Source: a bacterium (lineage in GTDB: Archaea; Micrarchaeota; Micrarchaeia; Micrarchaeales; CABMGC01). From it: a stretch of DNA of 64,000 bases. The notes beneath the pieces were generated by a model. That model did not search any database and was not told the DNA's origin. It worked only from the letters and a program-made list of their open reading frames with translations. Every line of letters starts with the position of its first letter. Position 1 is the stretch's first letter. Shown in pieces: positions 29,558-37,948 of the stretch. Location of the stretch: NCBI GenBank assembly GCA_021829835.1, contig JAKBPE010000005.1, forward strand, positions 1,700-65,699. Direction: 5' to 3'. The position numbers were made by a program, and so were the translations under genes.

Positions 29558-30331
29558 ATGGAGTATTATTTGAATAGAGATTATCCCACCGTACGTTTGG
29601 AACCGAATAAAGATAAATACGGGATGCGGAATAATAATGTTCAGCATACGCTAGGAAGTCCTTTTCGGATAAAGGAGATTAATTACCCAGTATCCAATGA
29701 GAGATATTCTGAAGAAACCCTTGAATTCCTAAGAAGAATAGAGAATATTGAAAGTTACATCGGGATATGCGGTGGTGGAAATCAGAATCTGGCTATTCTG
29801 TCATGCCTTCAGGAAAGAAATAAGTCATTTAGGGTTAAGCTCATAGATGATTCACCTGCACAAATAGAAAATTTTTATAGCATAGCCAAAATCTTTTCTA
29901 TTTCTTCGGATTCAATAGAGTACCAAGAAAACCTTAAGCATTGGCAATCTAAAAGATTTTCGAAAGAAATCATAGAAAAATTGGGATTTCATTTTCAGCA
30001 ATTGCCTATTATAAAAAATAGAGTGAATATAGATTTCCATGTTTCAGATATCAATTACTACCTCAGGAATCTCATATCTGAAGGAAGGCATTTTGTCTAT
30101 CTCTCGAATGTCTTCGGATATGATGCTGATAGACTAAATACGCCTTTAAACATAATATCCGAGGATAATAGATTCAGGAATGGCACTGTTATTATGTCTG
30201 TAGACACCAGATCGATAATAAGGCACGCTAATACGGTGGATGTGTCTTTTTTTGAGAAGCGAGGTTTGGATTTCATCAATCACGAATATAAAATGCCATC
30301 TGCAGCTGGCCTGAAAGAAGTTAGGAGATAG
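29558..30331 (+). CDS. Hypothetical protein, possible SAM-dependent fold
   Basis: GICGGG...LIDDSPAQ Gly-rich motif followed by an acidic strand; AT-rich. Confidence 0.45.
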   Translation: MEYYLNRDYPTVRLEPNKDKYGMRNNNVQHTLGSPFRIKEINYPVSNERYSEETLEFLRRIENIESYIGICGGGNQNLAILSCLQERNKSFRVKLIDDSPAQIENFYSIAKIFSISSDSIEYQENLKHWQSKRFSKEIIEKLGFHFQQLPIIKNRVNIDFHVSDINYYLRNLISEGRHFVYLSNVFGYDADRLNTPLNIISEDNRFRNGTVIMSVDTRSIIRHANTVDVSFFEKRGLDFINHEYKMPSAAGLKEVRR

Positions 30332-30383
30332 CATATACCGTATTCTTCCGGAGATTTGTAAAAGAGAGTAATTGTTTTCCCGC

Positions 30384-30989
30384 TTATTCTGTTCTTGCCT
30401 CTTTTAAGGCTTTTGCCATCCAGAGCAGATCGTTTATGAAATCTGCAAAGTGGTCTGGGCCCATGTTCTTTCTTAATGGAGTGAAGAGTTCGGAATTCGA
30501 GATTTCTTTATTGTTCCATGTCTTCATTATGAAATCCCAGCTTATATGTATGGATTTTTTTATGGGGACCATGTTTAGCTCTATCGCTACTTGGCGCAGC
30601 TGTTCTATAGCCCTTGCGCCGCTTGCACTTCCGTAGCTGACAAATCCTACTGGTTTTCTTGACCATTCGGGAAGAAGCCAGTCCATGGCGTTTTTTAATA
30701 CACTGGAGTATCCATGGTTGTATTCGGGTGAGATTATTATGAAAGCATCTCCATCATTTATTTTGTTTGACCATTTTTGCACTTTTTCGTCAGCATACTT
30801 CATGTTCATCATTGCAGGAGATGTGGGCGAATCGAAGAAAGGCATTGGATAATCCTTAAGGTCCAAAAGTTCTGCTTCTACGCCTTCCCAACTCTTCAAC
30901 TCTTCGTTTATCCAAGATGCAGGCCTCTGCCCGAATCTTCCCTGTCTTACGCTTCCCAGTATTATTTTTATTTTAATTTTGTTTTCCAT
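30384..30989 (-). CDS. NADPH-dependent FMN reductase
   Basis: ILGSVRQGR, SPEYNHGYSSVLKNAMDW, VSYGSASGARA; start reassigned to 30989. Confidence 0.93.
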   Translation of the reverse strand: MENKIKIKIILGSVRQGRFGQRPASWINEELKSWEGVEAELLDLKDYPMPFFDSPTSPAMMNMKYADEKVQKWSNKINDGDAFIIISPEYNHGYSSVLKNAMDWLLPEWSRKPVGFVSYGSASGARAIEQLRQVAIELNMVPIKKSIHISWDFIMKTWNNKEISNSELFTPLRKNMGPDHFADFINDLLWMAKALKEARTE

Positions 30990-31229
30990 GTTAATAGCCT
31001 TTAATTGAATGCAGATTGCAATTCGATAATATTTCACAGTTAAAGTATATAATAGTATATGTGATTCTGCTTTGATTTATTTCTTTATGATGTAAAAATT
31101 TTGTGCTGTGGATTTTGTATATATAGAATTTGGATGACACACATTAATATATATGATAAAAAAAGATTTACTTTTGTTTGATATGATGCACATGGATTTA
31201 ATACCGATATGTTATTATTATTTTGATAA

Positions 31230-31775
31230 ATGTGTTGGTTTCAGTTTGGGATTTTGATGATAAGCGAAGTTGGATTTGAATACAAATTTAGAGTTTACGA
31301 CAATGCAATACAACAGATAGTAGAATTGGCAAGATGCGGAAATCAGAATACGCATGAAGAACTTGATTACTTGCTTAAAGATTTGGATAGAGCAGATAGA
31401 ACTCCAGAGCCTTTTGCATATTTTGAAACAAATATAAGCCATGGTGGTTTAAAAGCAAGGGAGAAGGGTATTATAGCAGTTAGGAGGGGTGAGAATTTTT
31501 ATGAAAGAGGAATGGCAGAAAGCCTTAGAGAGCAGAAGCCAAGAATGCCTGTCACCAGTTTTGAGGATATTACCTTGGAACAGTTTTGTTTTAAGAGTTG
31601 GGAACTTAATAGAATAAGGACCCTTTATAATGAAGGAAGAGCCGATGATGCTGTAATTCGTTTTTGTAATTTTGTGAACTCTTTTTCTAGGGTTGAAATT
31701 AATTTAAAACTCGAAATAGGGAATGAAAAATTGAGGATAATTGACAGGCATGCCATAGGAATAATGAGAGGGTAA
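31230..31775 (+). CDS. Hypothetical protein
   Basis: 181-aa ORF with no recognised motif; start uncertain. Confidence 0.5.
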   Translation: MCWFQFGILMISEVGFEYKFRVYDNAIQQIVELARCGNQNTHEELDYLLKDLDRADRTPEPFAYFETNISHGGLKAREKGIIAVRRGENFYERGMAESLREQKPRMPVTSFEDITLEQFCFKSWELNRIRTLYNEGRADDAVIRFCNFVNSFSRVEINLKLEIGNEKLRIIDRHAIGIMRG

Positions 31776-31866
31776 GTAACTTTTATACAAAAATTAATGC
31801 TTGAATTCGACTTATTTAATTAAAGTTTATATATCTGAAACAGGAACTATTATTGTAGATGATAAG

Positions 31867-32295
31867 ATGAAATCGGTAGTAATTAAAACAGCAAGGGCAG
31901 CGGTTTTAACGACAGTTATTCTTGGATCTGGCATGCCTTTGCTTCGAGCTGATTCAGATAATTCGAAAATGGCAATAGACCAACAGACTGTGAAAGTGAT
32001 ATCGGAATTGATAGTTCTGAAGAGAGAGGAAGCTATAGAAAGAATAAATAAAGAATTGAAAAAAGATATTGGCAAAGCGTCCATACAGGATCTTGAGACG
32101 TTTGCTTCCAGATTGAAAAACAATACAATAGAGGAGCTTAATAAAAAGACATCTGATGCACAGAATGGTAAAGACAAAAAGGATTTGGATACTTCACTTG
32201 ATGATGTTGTAGGTATGATAGCAGGAGTTACAGGTATAATGGCAGGATTAACCTTAGGGATACTAACGCTTTCGTTAATAAGGAAGGATAACTGA
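31867..32295 (+). CDS. Hypothetical protein with signal peptide and C-terminal TM
   Basis: MKSVVIKTARAAVLTT...LRA signal-like start; hydrophobic C-terminus. Confidence 0.5.
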   Translation: MKSVVIKTARAAVLTTVILGSGMPLLRADSDNSKMAIDQQTVKVISELIVLKREEAIERINKELKKDIGKASIQDLETFASRLKNNTIEELNKKTSDAQNGKDKKDLDTSLDDVVGMIAGVTGIMAGLTLGILTLSLIRKDN

Positions 32296-32347
32296 TTGGA
32301 AAGGATGAAGAGGAAAGGAAGGTTTCCTTTTCCTTCCAGACAACCTG

Positions 32348-32518
32348 TTACGCTAAAAATCCGAAATGCTTATGAGAAAAATACTCAGTTAAGGATAACC
32401 CATAGGTATTATTGCAAATAAAACTTTTACGAGGCATGGGCCCGCGGAGAATCGAACTCCGTGTCTTCACGTTGTCAACGTGACGTCTTAAGCTTTTGTC
32501 GTCGTTTTCTAGCTCCAT
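32348..32518 (-). CDS. Integrase N-terminal fragment (intN), running on into host DNA
   Basis: MELENDDKSLRRHVDNVKTRSSILRGP aligns in frame with VRRLLHTEETRSPILRGP at the start of 35205..36152. Confidence 0.75.
   Translation of the reverse strand: MELENDDKSLRRHVDNVKTRSSILRGPMPRKSFICNNTYGLSLTEYFSHKHFGFLA
32437..32490 (-). repeat. attR: 3' three-quarters of a tRNA-Val(GAC)
   Basis: TAAGACG TCACG TTGACAA CGTGA AGACA CGGAG TTCGATT CTCCG CGGGCCCA; 44/54 identical to the tRNA-Val(CAC) gene; lacks the 5' acceptor strand. Confidence 0.9.
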
Positions 32519-32617
32519 TAAAACACCCATAAACAAAAATTCACAAAGCCTAAGCATTGTACATCTGAACACTAGCATTTGAATTTCTAGCTATATAAGC
32601 ACATAGTGTTCGGATTT

Positions 32618-33355
32618 CTAGCGCAATCCGAACCCATGTAAGAAATCCTTAATTCTATTCCAGAACGTTTCCTCAGGTGTATCCAATTCACGTTCTTCAG
32701 ATTCTTGTCCAGCAAAAGTATCCTCTTTGGTATCGAGTTTATGCCCTAATTTTCTGATAGTTTCCATAAAGAGATGTTTATCAAGAGCTTGCTTTCTATT
32801 CAATAACTTGTGTTGTAATAAGTCATATTCGTAAAGGATTTTGCTATTTTTTATTATTGTAACTCTCAACAAATGCTGCCTAAAGTTCGGCCTTTCTTTC
32901 CCGCTTATGTAACTCCATATATTCCTAAACTTATTGTCAATATCTTTGAATGCAATAGTAGAATGAAACTTGAACTCTGTCTTATTTTTACTATCCTCTT
33001 TGGATTTAGAATAAGTTAGTGGTATCAATGCGCTAGCCAAATCAGCCCTTAAATTTACTAATTCATCTGATGGCGCTATGTCCAAATATATTACTTTATT
33101 TGTAGAATTGTCAAAATAGTTGAAGCCTTTAAACGTGAACGGCACACGTTCATATTTAGAACATACTCTAACAACTTCCGCAACAACATTTCTTTGCCTT
33201 CTTGTAAAAAAAGGACCGTATAAAGAGATGTGCGGAACTACATGCCTTCTTGTCATGCCCCTAACTCTGAACTTTCTGCCCACTTCATAAATTAGCGTTT
33301 TTGCGTATTGTTTAGCATGACCTCTAATTCTAAACTCTATGTGGTAGACAGCCAT
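32618..33355 (-). CDS. 2H phosphoesterase (2'-5' RNA ligase-like)
   Basis: Two HxS/T motifs: PHISL and FHSTI. Confidence 0.85.
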   Translation of the reverse strand: MAVYHIEFRIRGHAKQYAKTLIYEVGRKFRVRGMTRRHVVPHISLYGPFFTRRQRNVVAEVVRVCSKYERVPFTFKGFNYFDNSTNKVIYLDIAPSDELVNLRADLASALIPLTYSKSKEDSKNKTEFKFHSTIAFKDIDNKFRNIWSYISGKERPNFRQHLLRVTIIKNSKILYEYDLLQHKLLNRKQALDKHLFMETIRKLGHKLDTKEDTFAGQESEERELDTPEETFWNRIKDFLHGFGLR

Positions 33356-33958
33356 CTAATCATTGAATAGCTCTTTTGATTTATACGTTTCTTGCTCGTC
33401 TTGGTTTTGCTTATTTCCTAGCGAAAGATATTCTAGTTTTTTGAACCCGTGAACTTTCGCCACAATATTTCTTGGAAATATTGATACACGCCTGTTATAT
33501 TGTTCGACTACCTCATTATATCCAAGTCTATATTTAGCTAGTTTATGTTCCATGTGCGATATGTTGCCACGCCCCATAATCTTCTCGTGCAACCTTTCAG
33601 CTTGCAGCTTGGGGTATCTCTCAAATACCGCTTGTATTTTCAAGAAGCTATTTTCTACATCTTGTGCAGCTTGCACTCTTTCGTTTAGCGGTGCGTCTTT
33701 ACTCCATCTGCTTCTCGCTTCAATGGTGTCCTTTAACGCCTTGTATTCGTGTATGTCGTATTTCTTTATGGCCTGAGCCAGAGCCGGCAGCATGTCTAGC
33801 CTTTGCTGCATTATAACATCTATACCAGCAAACCTCTTCTCAGCCTTGTTCTTCCAATATTGGAACTTGTTGTAGATGGTAATCCAGCTTCTAGCTATCA
33901 CTACAAACACCAATGCCACCACAGCAACTATCGCATACAAAATTATATCCATATTCAC
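33356..33958 (-). CDS. LemA family protein
   Basis: N-terminal TM, IDVIMQQRLDMLP, ERYPKLQA, YNEVVEQYN...FPRNIVA. Confidence 0.92.
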   Translation of the reverse strand: MNMDIILYAIVAVVALVFVVIARSWITIYNKFQYWKNKAEKRFAGIDVIMQQRLDMLPALAQAIKKYDIHEYKALKDTIEARSRWSKDAPLNERVQAAQDVENSFLKIQAVFERYPKLQAERLHEKIMGRGNISHMEHKLAKYRLGYNEVVEQYNRRVSIFPRNIVAKVHGFKKLEYLSLGNKQNQDEQETYKSKELFND

Positions 33959-33962
33959 ACCA

Positions 33963-34133
33963 TTAAGTAGAAAAATAATCTTTCTCCTTCACCTTCGTTG
34001 GTTTGATGCTTACCTCAAAATACAGTATCATCTCTTTAATAGCTTCTTGCTTAGTTTTAAGCTTCTTCGTGAGCTTGTAGACCTCAACAATCCTGTCCTC
34101 GTCTTCGGACAGGTCGATTTGAATCTTTACCAT
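33963..34133 (-). CDS. Small DUF2683/ribbon-helix-helix-like DNA-binding protein
   Basis: MVKIQIDLSEDEDRIVEVYK...KTKQEAI beta-alpha-alpha pattern; first gene of the operon. Confidence 0.65.
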   Translation of the reverse strand: MVKIQIDLSEDEDRIVEVYKLTKKLKTKQEAIKEMILYFEVSIKPTKVKEKDYFST

Positions 34134-34143
34134 AATAATGCCG

Positions 34144-34160
34144 TGATATAACATATATCA
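34144..34160. promoter_or_regulatory. Candidate operator (inverted repeat)
   Basis: TGATATA-ACA-TATATCA lies between the ATATATATA box (34166-34174) and the RHH start codon. Confidence 0.5.
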
Positions 34161-34197
34161 TGCACATATATATACCTTTCTGCCCCAAATAGATTAG

Positions 34198-34785
34198 ATG
34201 AATATGGCAGGCGATGATGAAACACCTGGATTGATCCCACAGCTACAAGCCTTGCTTGGGCCAGTAAATGCTCAATTCAAGAAAGACCTTGTAGGTTATA
34301 AAATCTCAGACCTTTACGGGATTTTTGTAGGGTTGGTGTTTCTGCTGAGCTTTGGTGTCGGAATACTCTCTGCTTACAGCCAAAGCTCGCCATCCAACAT
34401 AATCATGTTCGGCACTATAATAGCTGCTTGGGGCCTCATTGGCGGGATAGTGCTATTCTTCCTCTTCGTGTATGTTTTCGTGCATGTCTATACGGCAGCA
34501 TTCAAGCATACACCTTCTCTGAAAGCCACGCTTATCTGGCAGATAATAGCCATGATGGCAGCAATAATACTCACGTTCCTGAGCGGGTCACCTAGCTACA
34601 TCTATGCTGGTTACGCCATATTCTTCGTGCTTCTTTTCATCTACCCACTGGTCTGGGTATTGACAGAACAGCCAGCGGAATCCGAGAAGATAAAAGGCAC
34701 GCTGCACAGGACTTACCTAGCGATAACCATAATCATATACATAGTCCAGTTCGTGATACAGTTCGCCCACTTATCAGCACTTTAG
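34198..34785 (+). CDS. Hypothetical integral membrane protein (~5 TM)
   Basis: 195-aa hydrophobic ORF inside the element. Confidence 0.75.
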   Translation: MNMAGDDETPGLIPQLQALLGPVNAQFKKDLVGYKISDLYGIFVGLVFLLSFGVGILSAYSQSSPSNIIMFGTIIAAWGLIGGIVLFFLFVYVFVHVYTAAFKHTPSLKATLIWQIIAMMAAIILTFLSGSPSYIYAGYAIFFVLLFIYPLVWVLTEQPAESEKIKGTLHRTYLAITIIIYIVQFVIQFAHLSAL

Positions 34786-34894
34786 GTAACCCTAGCCCTT
34801 GAAACCACCACTCTATCGCTAATCTGGCTTCGCAGATTGCTCACGAGGGGGACGTCCCAACGGACTTTAAGCTGCCACCAGCGACGAAACTAGA

Positions 34895-35196
34895 GCCGAT
34901 TTTTCCCCGCCAAAAATCGGCCGCCTTTTGTGGACAAAGGACGTAGTTTCTAACGCCACCATGTCCTACAAAGTAGCCGCAGCAGCCGTAGCCCGCCGTG
35001 CGACACCCAAAGGTGTCTTAAAGGCGGGCGGAGGCTGCGAGGCTGGAGAGTCTCTACACGACTCTCTACATGGACGGCTCTAATATTACTGTGCAGTAGT
35101 GTAGAGAGAAAATGACCTATTTACGAGGATATCCCTCGTGGCGTTTCTCTACATGAATTTACCTCGCCGTGTAGAGAACTTTAGGGCATGTAGAGA
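34895..35196. other. GC-rich hairpins plus six TCTCTACAYK iterons (candidate origin or recombination control region)
   Basis: Stems at 34895-34921 and 34982-35038; motif copies at 35051, 35063, 35146 (+) and 35098, 35168, 35187 (-). Confidence 0.6.
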
Positions 35197-35204
35197 AAGC
35201 CTAG

Positions 35205-36152
35205 CTAATGGGGCTTGTAAAGCCTTGCCTTCAGGCCAACAGCTCGGCTCAGGCCGAAAGTGTTGTCAATCTCTTTGTAAAGCTCGTCTTTCCTTGTGCT
35301 AATGTAGGTCATGGTGGTGCTGGGGTCGCTATGCCTTGCAAAGCGGCTAGCAAGCACCACGTTCCCATTGGTCTGCCTTGAAAAGCTGGTTATGGCATAG
35401 TGCCGGAGGCTATGCGTGGTAAGCCTATGGAGCCGCCTTACCTGCCTCCCATCAGGCTCGTCGCTTATGCCATAGGATTCCGACAGCCCTGCTTTTGCCA
35501 AGTAGCGCGTAAACCTATTGCGCACGTAGTTCACCTCAACGTGCATCAGCTTGCTGTGGCTATGCCACTCTTTGAAGAATACGTAACCTTCTGAATTTTC
35601 GATATTTTCGGAATTGCGGTTTACGAATGCTATGGTTTGCTGGAATAATGGAACGGGTATAAGGCAAGTATCTATTACCTGCGCCTTCTCTGTCTTAACT
35701 GTAAGCTCCCTTGTGTCAAAGTTTATGTCTTTGACGTTTACGCTTACAGCCTCGCCTATCCGAAGGCCGAGTTGTGCCTGAAATGAGAACAATAACCTAT
35801 ACTTTTCACTATCTATTGCCCTAAAGAAGACATTGAGTTCCTGCTCCGTAAAGCCTTTATTCAGGTTTCCGTATTTGGGAATACGGCTCCGCTTGAAACG
35901 CTTTACGTAGTGCTGATGGATTACAGACCTGAGTTCCTCGACTTCATGTTTGGCGAGTTTGGGGAGCAGCAAATCCAGCCCGTTCTTGTAATCCAAGAAG
36001 TCGGATTTGCGTAGGGAACCGAACTCTGAACTAACTGCTTTTGCTAGCTTGTCAGTGTGTTCGCACACCACTTTTGTCATCGTATTTTTCAAAATGGGCC
36101 CGCGGAGAATCGGACTCCGGGTCTCCTCCGTGTGAAGGAGGCGTCTTACCAT
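35205..36152 (-). CDS. Tyrosine integrase, catalytic part (intC), overlapping tRNA-Val
   Basis: GLRIGEA (R), KTEK (K), THSLRH (HxxR), ARHSD (H), TMTYIS (Y). Confidence 0.93.
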   Translation of the reverse strand: MVRRLLHTEETRSPILRGPILKNTMTKVVCEHTDKLAKAVSSEFGSLRKSDFLDYKNGLDLLLPKLAKHEVEELRSVIHQHYVKRFKRSRIPKYGNLNKGFTEQELNVFFRAIDSEKYRLLFSFQAQLGLRIGEAVSVNVKDINFDTRELTVKTEKAQVIDTCLIPVPLFQQTIAFVNRNSENIENSEGYVFFKEWHSHSKLMHVEVNYVRNRFTRYLAKAGLSESYGISDEPDGRQVRRLHRLTTHSLRHYAITSFSRQTNGNVVLASRFARHSDPSTTMTYISTRKDELYKEIDNTFGLSRAVGLKARLYKPH

Positions 36153-36166
36153 TCGACTACGAGCCC
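36095..36166 (-). tRNA. tRNA-Val(CAC)
   Basis: GGGCTCGTAGTCGAATGGTAAGACGCCTCCTTCACACGGAGGAGACCCGGAGTCCGATTCTCCGCGGGCCCA; T-loop is atypical (TCCGATT). Confidence 0.92.
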
Positions 36167-36253
36167 ATATCTTGACTTGACATTTGATTTTGCTGCTTTC
36201 TCTTTTGTGCTTGATCTTAATTGCTTGTTTGTTATAAGGAGAATAGGTAGTGG

Positions 36254-36715
36254 CTAAACATTAAAATATTCTTTGAATTTGAGTGTGGTCTCTACTTTTT
36301 TGCTTCTTCCCTGCTTTACTGTCTTGACGAAATCCTTTTCTTCAAGTTCTTTCATGTACTCGTATGTGGAAGCGCCGAAGAGCTTCACTATTCTGCTCTG
36401 GAGTATTCCATTGTTCTTGTTTATGTAGGCGAGTATTCTCAGTGAACCCCTGCTCAGGTCCGGAGCGTTTGCGAGCCTGCCTACCTTTGAAGCATAAGGC
36501 TCTTTGAGGCTGAACATGTATTTGTCACTTATTCTGAGTATTTCCAGCGAGGTGTCTCCGCTTCGGTATTTTTCCACAAGCTTGTTTAATATCTCCTGGA
36601 GCGGGCCGAGCGATGCCATGCCTACAATGCTTGCTATTTCAGAGAGGCTCAGAGCCCTAGGAGACATGAAGAGAGCAGCCTCAACGAGTTTGCTGTATTC
36701 TGAAAAATCATCCAT
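36254..36715 (-). CDS. scpB: Segregation and condensation protein B
   Basis: LVEAALF...LS, LSRGSLRILAYI, TTLKFKEYF. Confidence 0.9.
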   Translation of the reverse strand: MDDFSEYSKLVEAALFMSPRALSLSEIASIVGMASLGPLQEILNKLVEKYRSGDTSLEILRISDKYMFSLKEPYASKVGRLANAPDLSRGSLRILAYINKNNGILQSRIVKLFGASTYEYMKELEEKDFVKTVKQGRSKKVETTLKFKEYFNV

Positions 36716-36738
36716 TTTTTAGCACCTGGGGCCCTGCC

Positions 36739-37437
36739 TCATTTTATCTTTATTACGACATCCTGGAAGAAGCTTTCCTGTATCAGGGATACTCTGCCTT
36801 TATTTGCAAGAAATAGCAATGGAATGAATAATTCCAGAAGAAGGTCGTCCATTTCTACAGCAGAGAGAAGATATGAGAGTGTTGTCATCTTTTCCTTATC
36901 TGCATGCTTTTTAATATGGCCATAGACAACCTCCATGTCTTCTTCTATGTTTGCGTCTTTGACAAATGTTGGAATCTGAATTGGAAGAGGTTTGGCTTTT
37001 GATGCCTTCTGTTCTGTTATCTTTATTGCTTCGTCTAGAGCCTCTATCAATTCATCTAGAGTGAGCCTGCGCTTTACAGGAGGGCGTATTCTGGGAACAA
37101 GCTCCTCAACTAAAGGAGTTACTCTCCCAAAATCTGCCGTCTCCTCAATGAACTCCTCTTCATTTGAGAATGTCAGCATGCTGCTCTTCATTCTCAGGAG
37201 AATAGAAGCAGCGAGAATTATGTTGGCAGGTATTCTGAGGTCCATCACTTTTAGAGCCTTGACTGCGCTTATGTAGCTGTTTACGAGCTCAGTTATGTCT
37301 ATGTTCCACGGATCAAGCTGCTGCTTCTCCACCAGTTCTATGAGAAGCTCCTTCCAGGTATCATAATTTACAAAACTGACTAGGTCTAGCTTTTTCTGCC
37401 CGGCTGGCAGTATCTCTTCCACCTGAATCGCCGCCAT
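36739..37437 (-). CDS. scpA: Segregation and condensation protein A (kleisin)
   Basis: LDPWNIDI, AASILLRMKS, FIPLLFLA...QESFF; start reassigned to 37437. Confidence 0.92.
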   Translation of the reverse strand: MAAIQVEEILPAGQKKLDLVSFVNYDTWKELLIELVEKQQLDPWNIDITELVNSYISAVKALKVMDLRIPANIILAASILLRMKSSMLTFSNEEEFIEETADFGRVTPLVEELVPRIRPPVKRRLTLDELIEALDEAIKITEQKASKAKPLPIQIPTFVKDANIEEDMEVVYGHIKKHADKEKMTTLSYLLSAVEMDDLLLELFIPLLFLANKGRVSLIQESFFQDVVIKIK

Positions 37438-37621
37438 GGATTTAGTATGAACTCTATAAATAAATATCTTTTGAATTTTCTCGAGGCATGAAAGAACCGG
37501 CTTCAGCATTATTGGATTGACTTCGTAGCATGTTGTATTACCTTAATATTATTTAAATTTAAGTGTTGTAAATAAAATTGTGTTTCTTTTTATGTGGGTT
37601 AATCCGAATAACTAGTTGTTA

Positions 37622-37948
37622 ATGATGAGCAAGATAGAAACTATTGATGAGGTCTTGGCGGCTGAAACCGAGGCTCAGGAGAAGATTGAGAAGGCCAACG
37701 CTGCCAAAATCTCCAAAATAAATAAGGCAGAGGAGGAGGCACGCGAGATCATAGAAAAGGCAGAGAAGGATAGCATTGCAATAAAGGAAGGCGCAGTGAG
37801 GAGTGAGAAAGAGAGGGTAGAGAGAGATAAAAAACATAAACTGCTTGAGGCAAGAAAGAGAGCCGAAGAGATAGAATGGTTAAAAATAGATGATGATGCT
37901 GCAAACGAGATTGCAGCTGAGGCAGTAAGAAAGATAATCGGTGAATAA
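37622..37948 (+). CDS. atpH: A-type ATP synthase subunit H
   Basis: Glu/Ala/Lys coiled coil, first gene of the operon. Confidence 0.8.
   Translation: MMSKIETIDEVLAAETEAQEKIEKANAAKISKINKAEEEAREIIEKAEKDSIAIKEGAVRSEKERVERDKKHKLLEARKRAEEIEWLKIDDDAANEIAAEAVRKIIGE

Larger units (their letters stand above)
32437..36148 (-). mobile_element. 3.7-kb integrative element at tRNA-Val with split (SSV-type) tyrosine integrase
   Basis: Colinear 54-nt tRNA-derived repeats at 32437-32490 and 36095-36148; intC runs out of the tRNA and intN runs into the distal repeat in the same frame. Confidence 0.9.

Noticed and set aside
32437-32490. Second functional tRNA-Val(GAC) gene
   Set aside because: No 5' acceptor strand or 5' D-stem upstream; the sequence there is intN coding, so it is an att fragment
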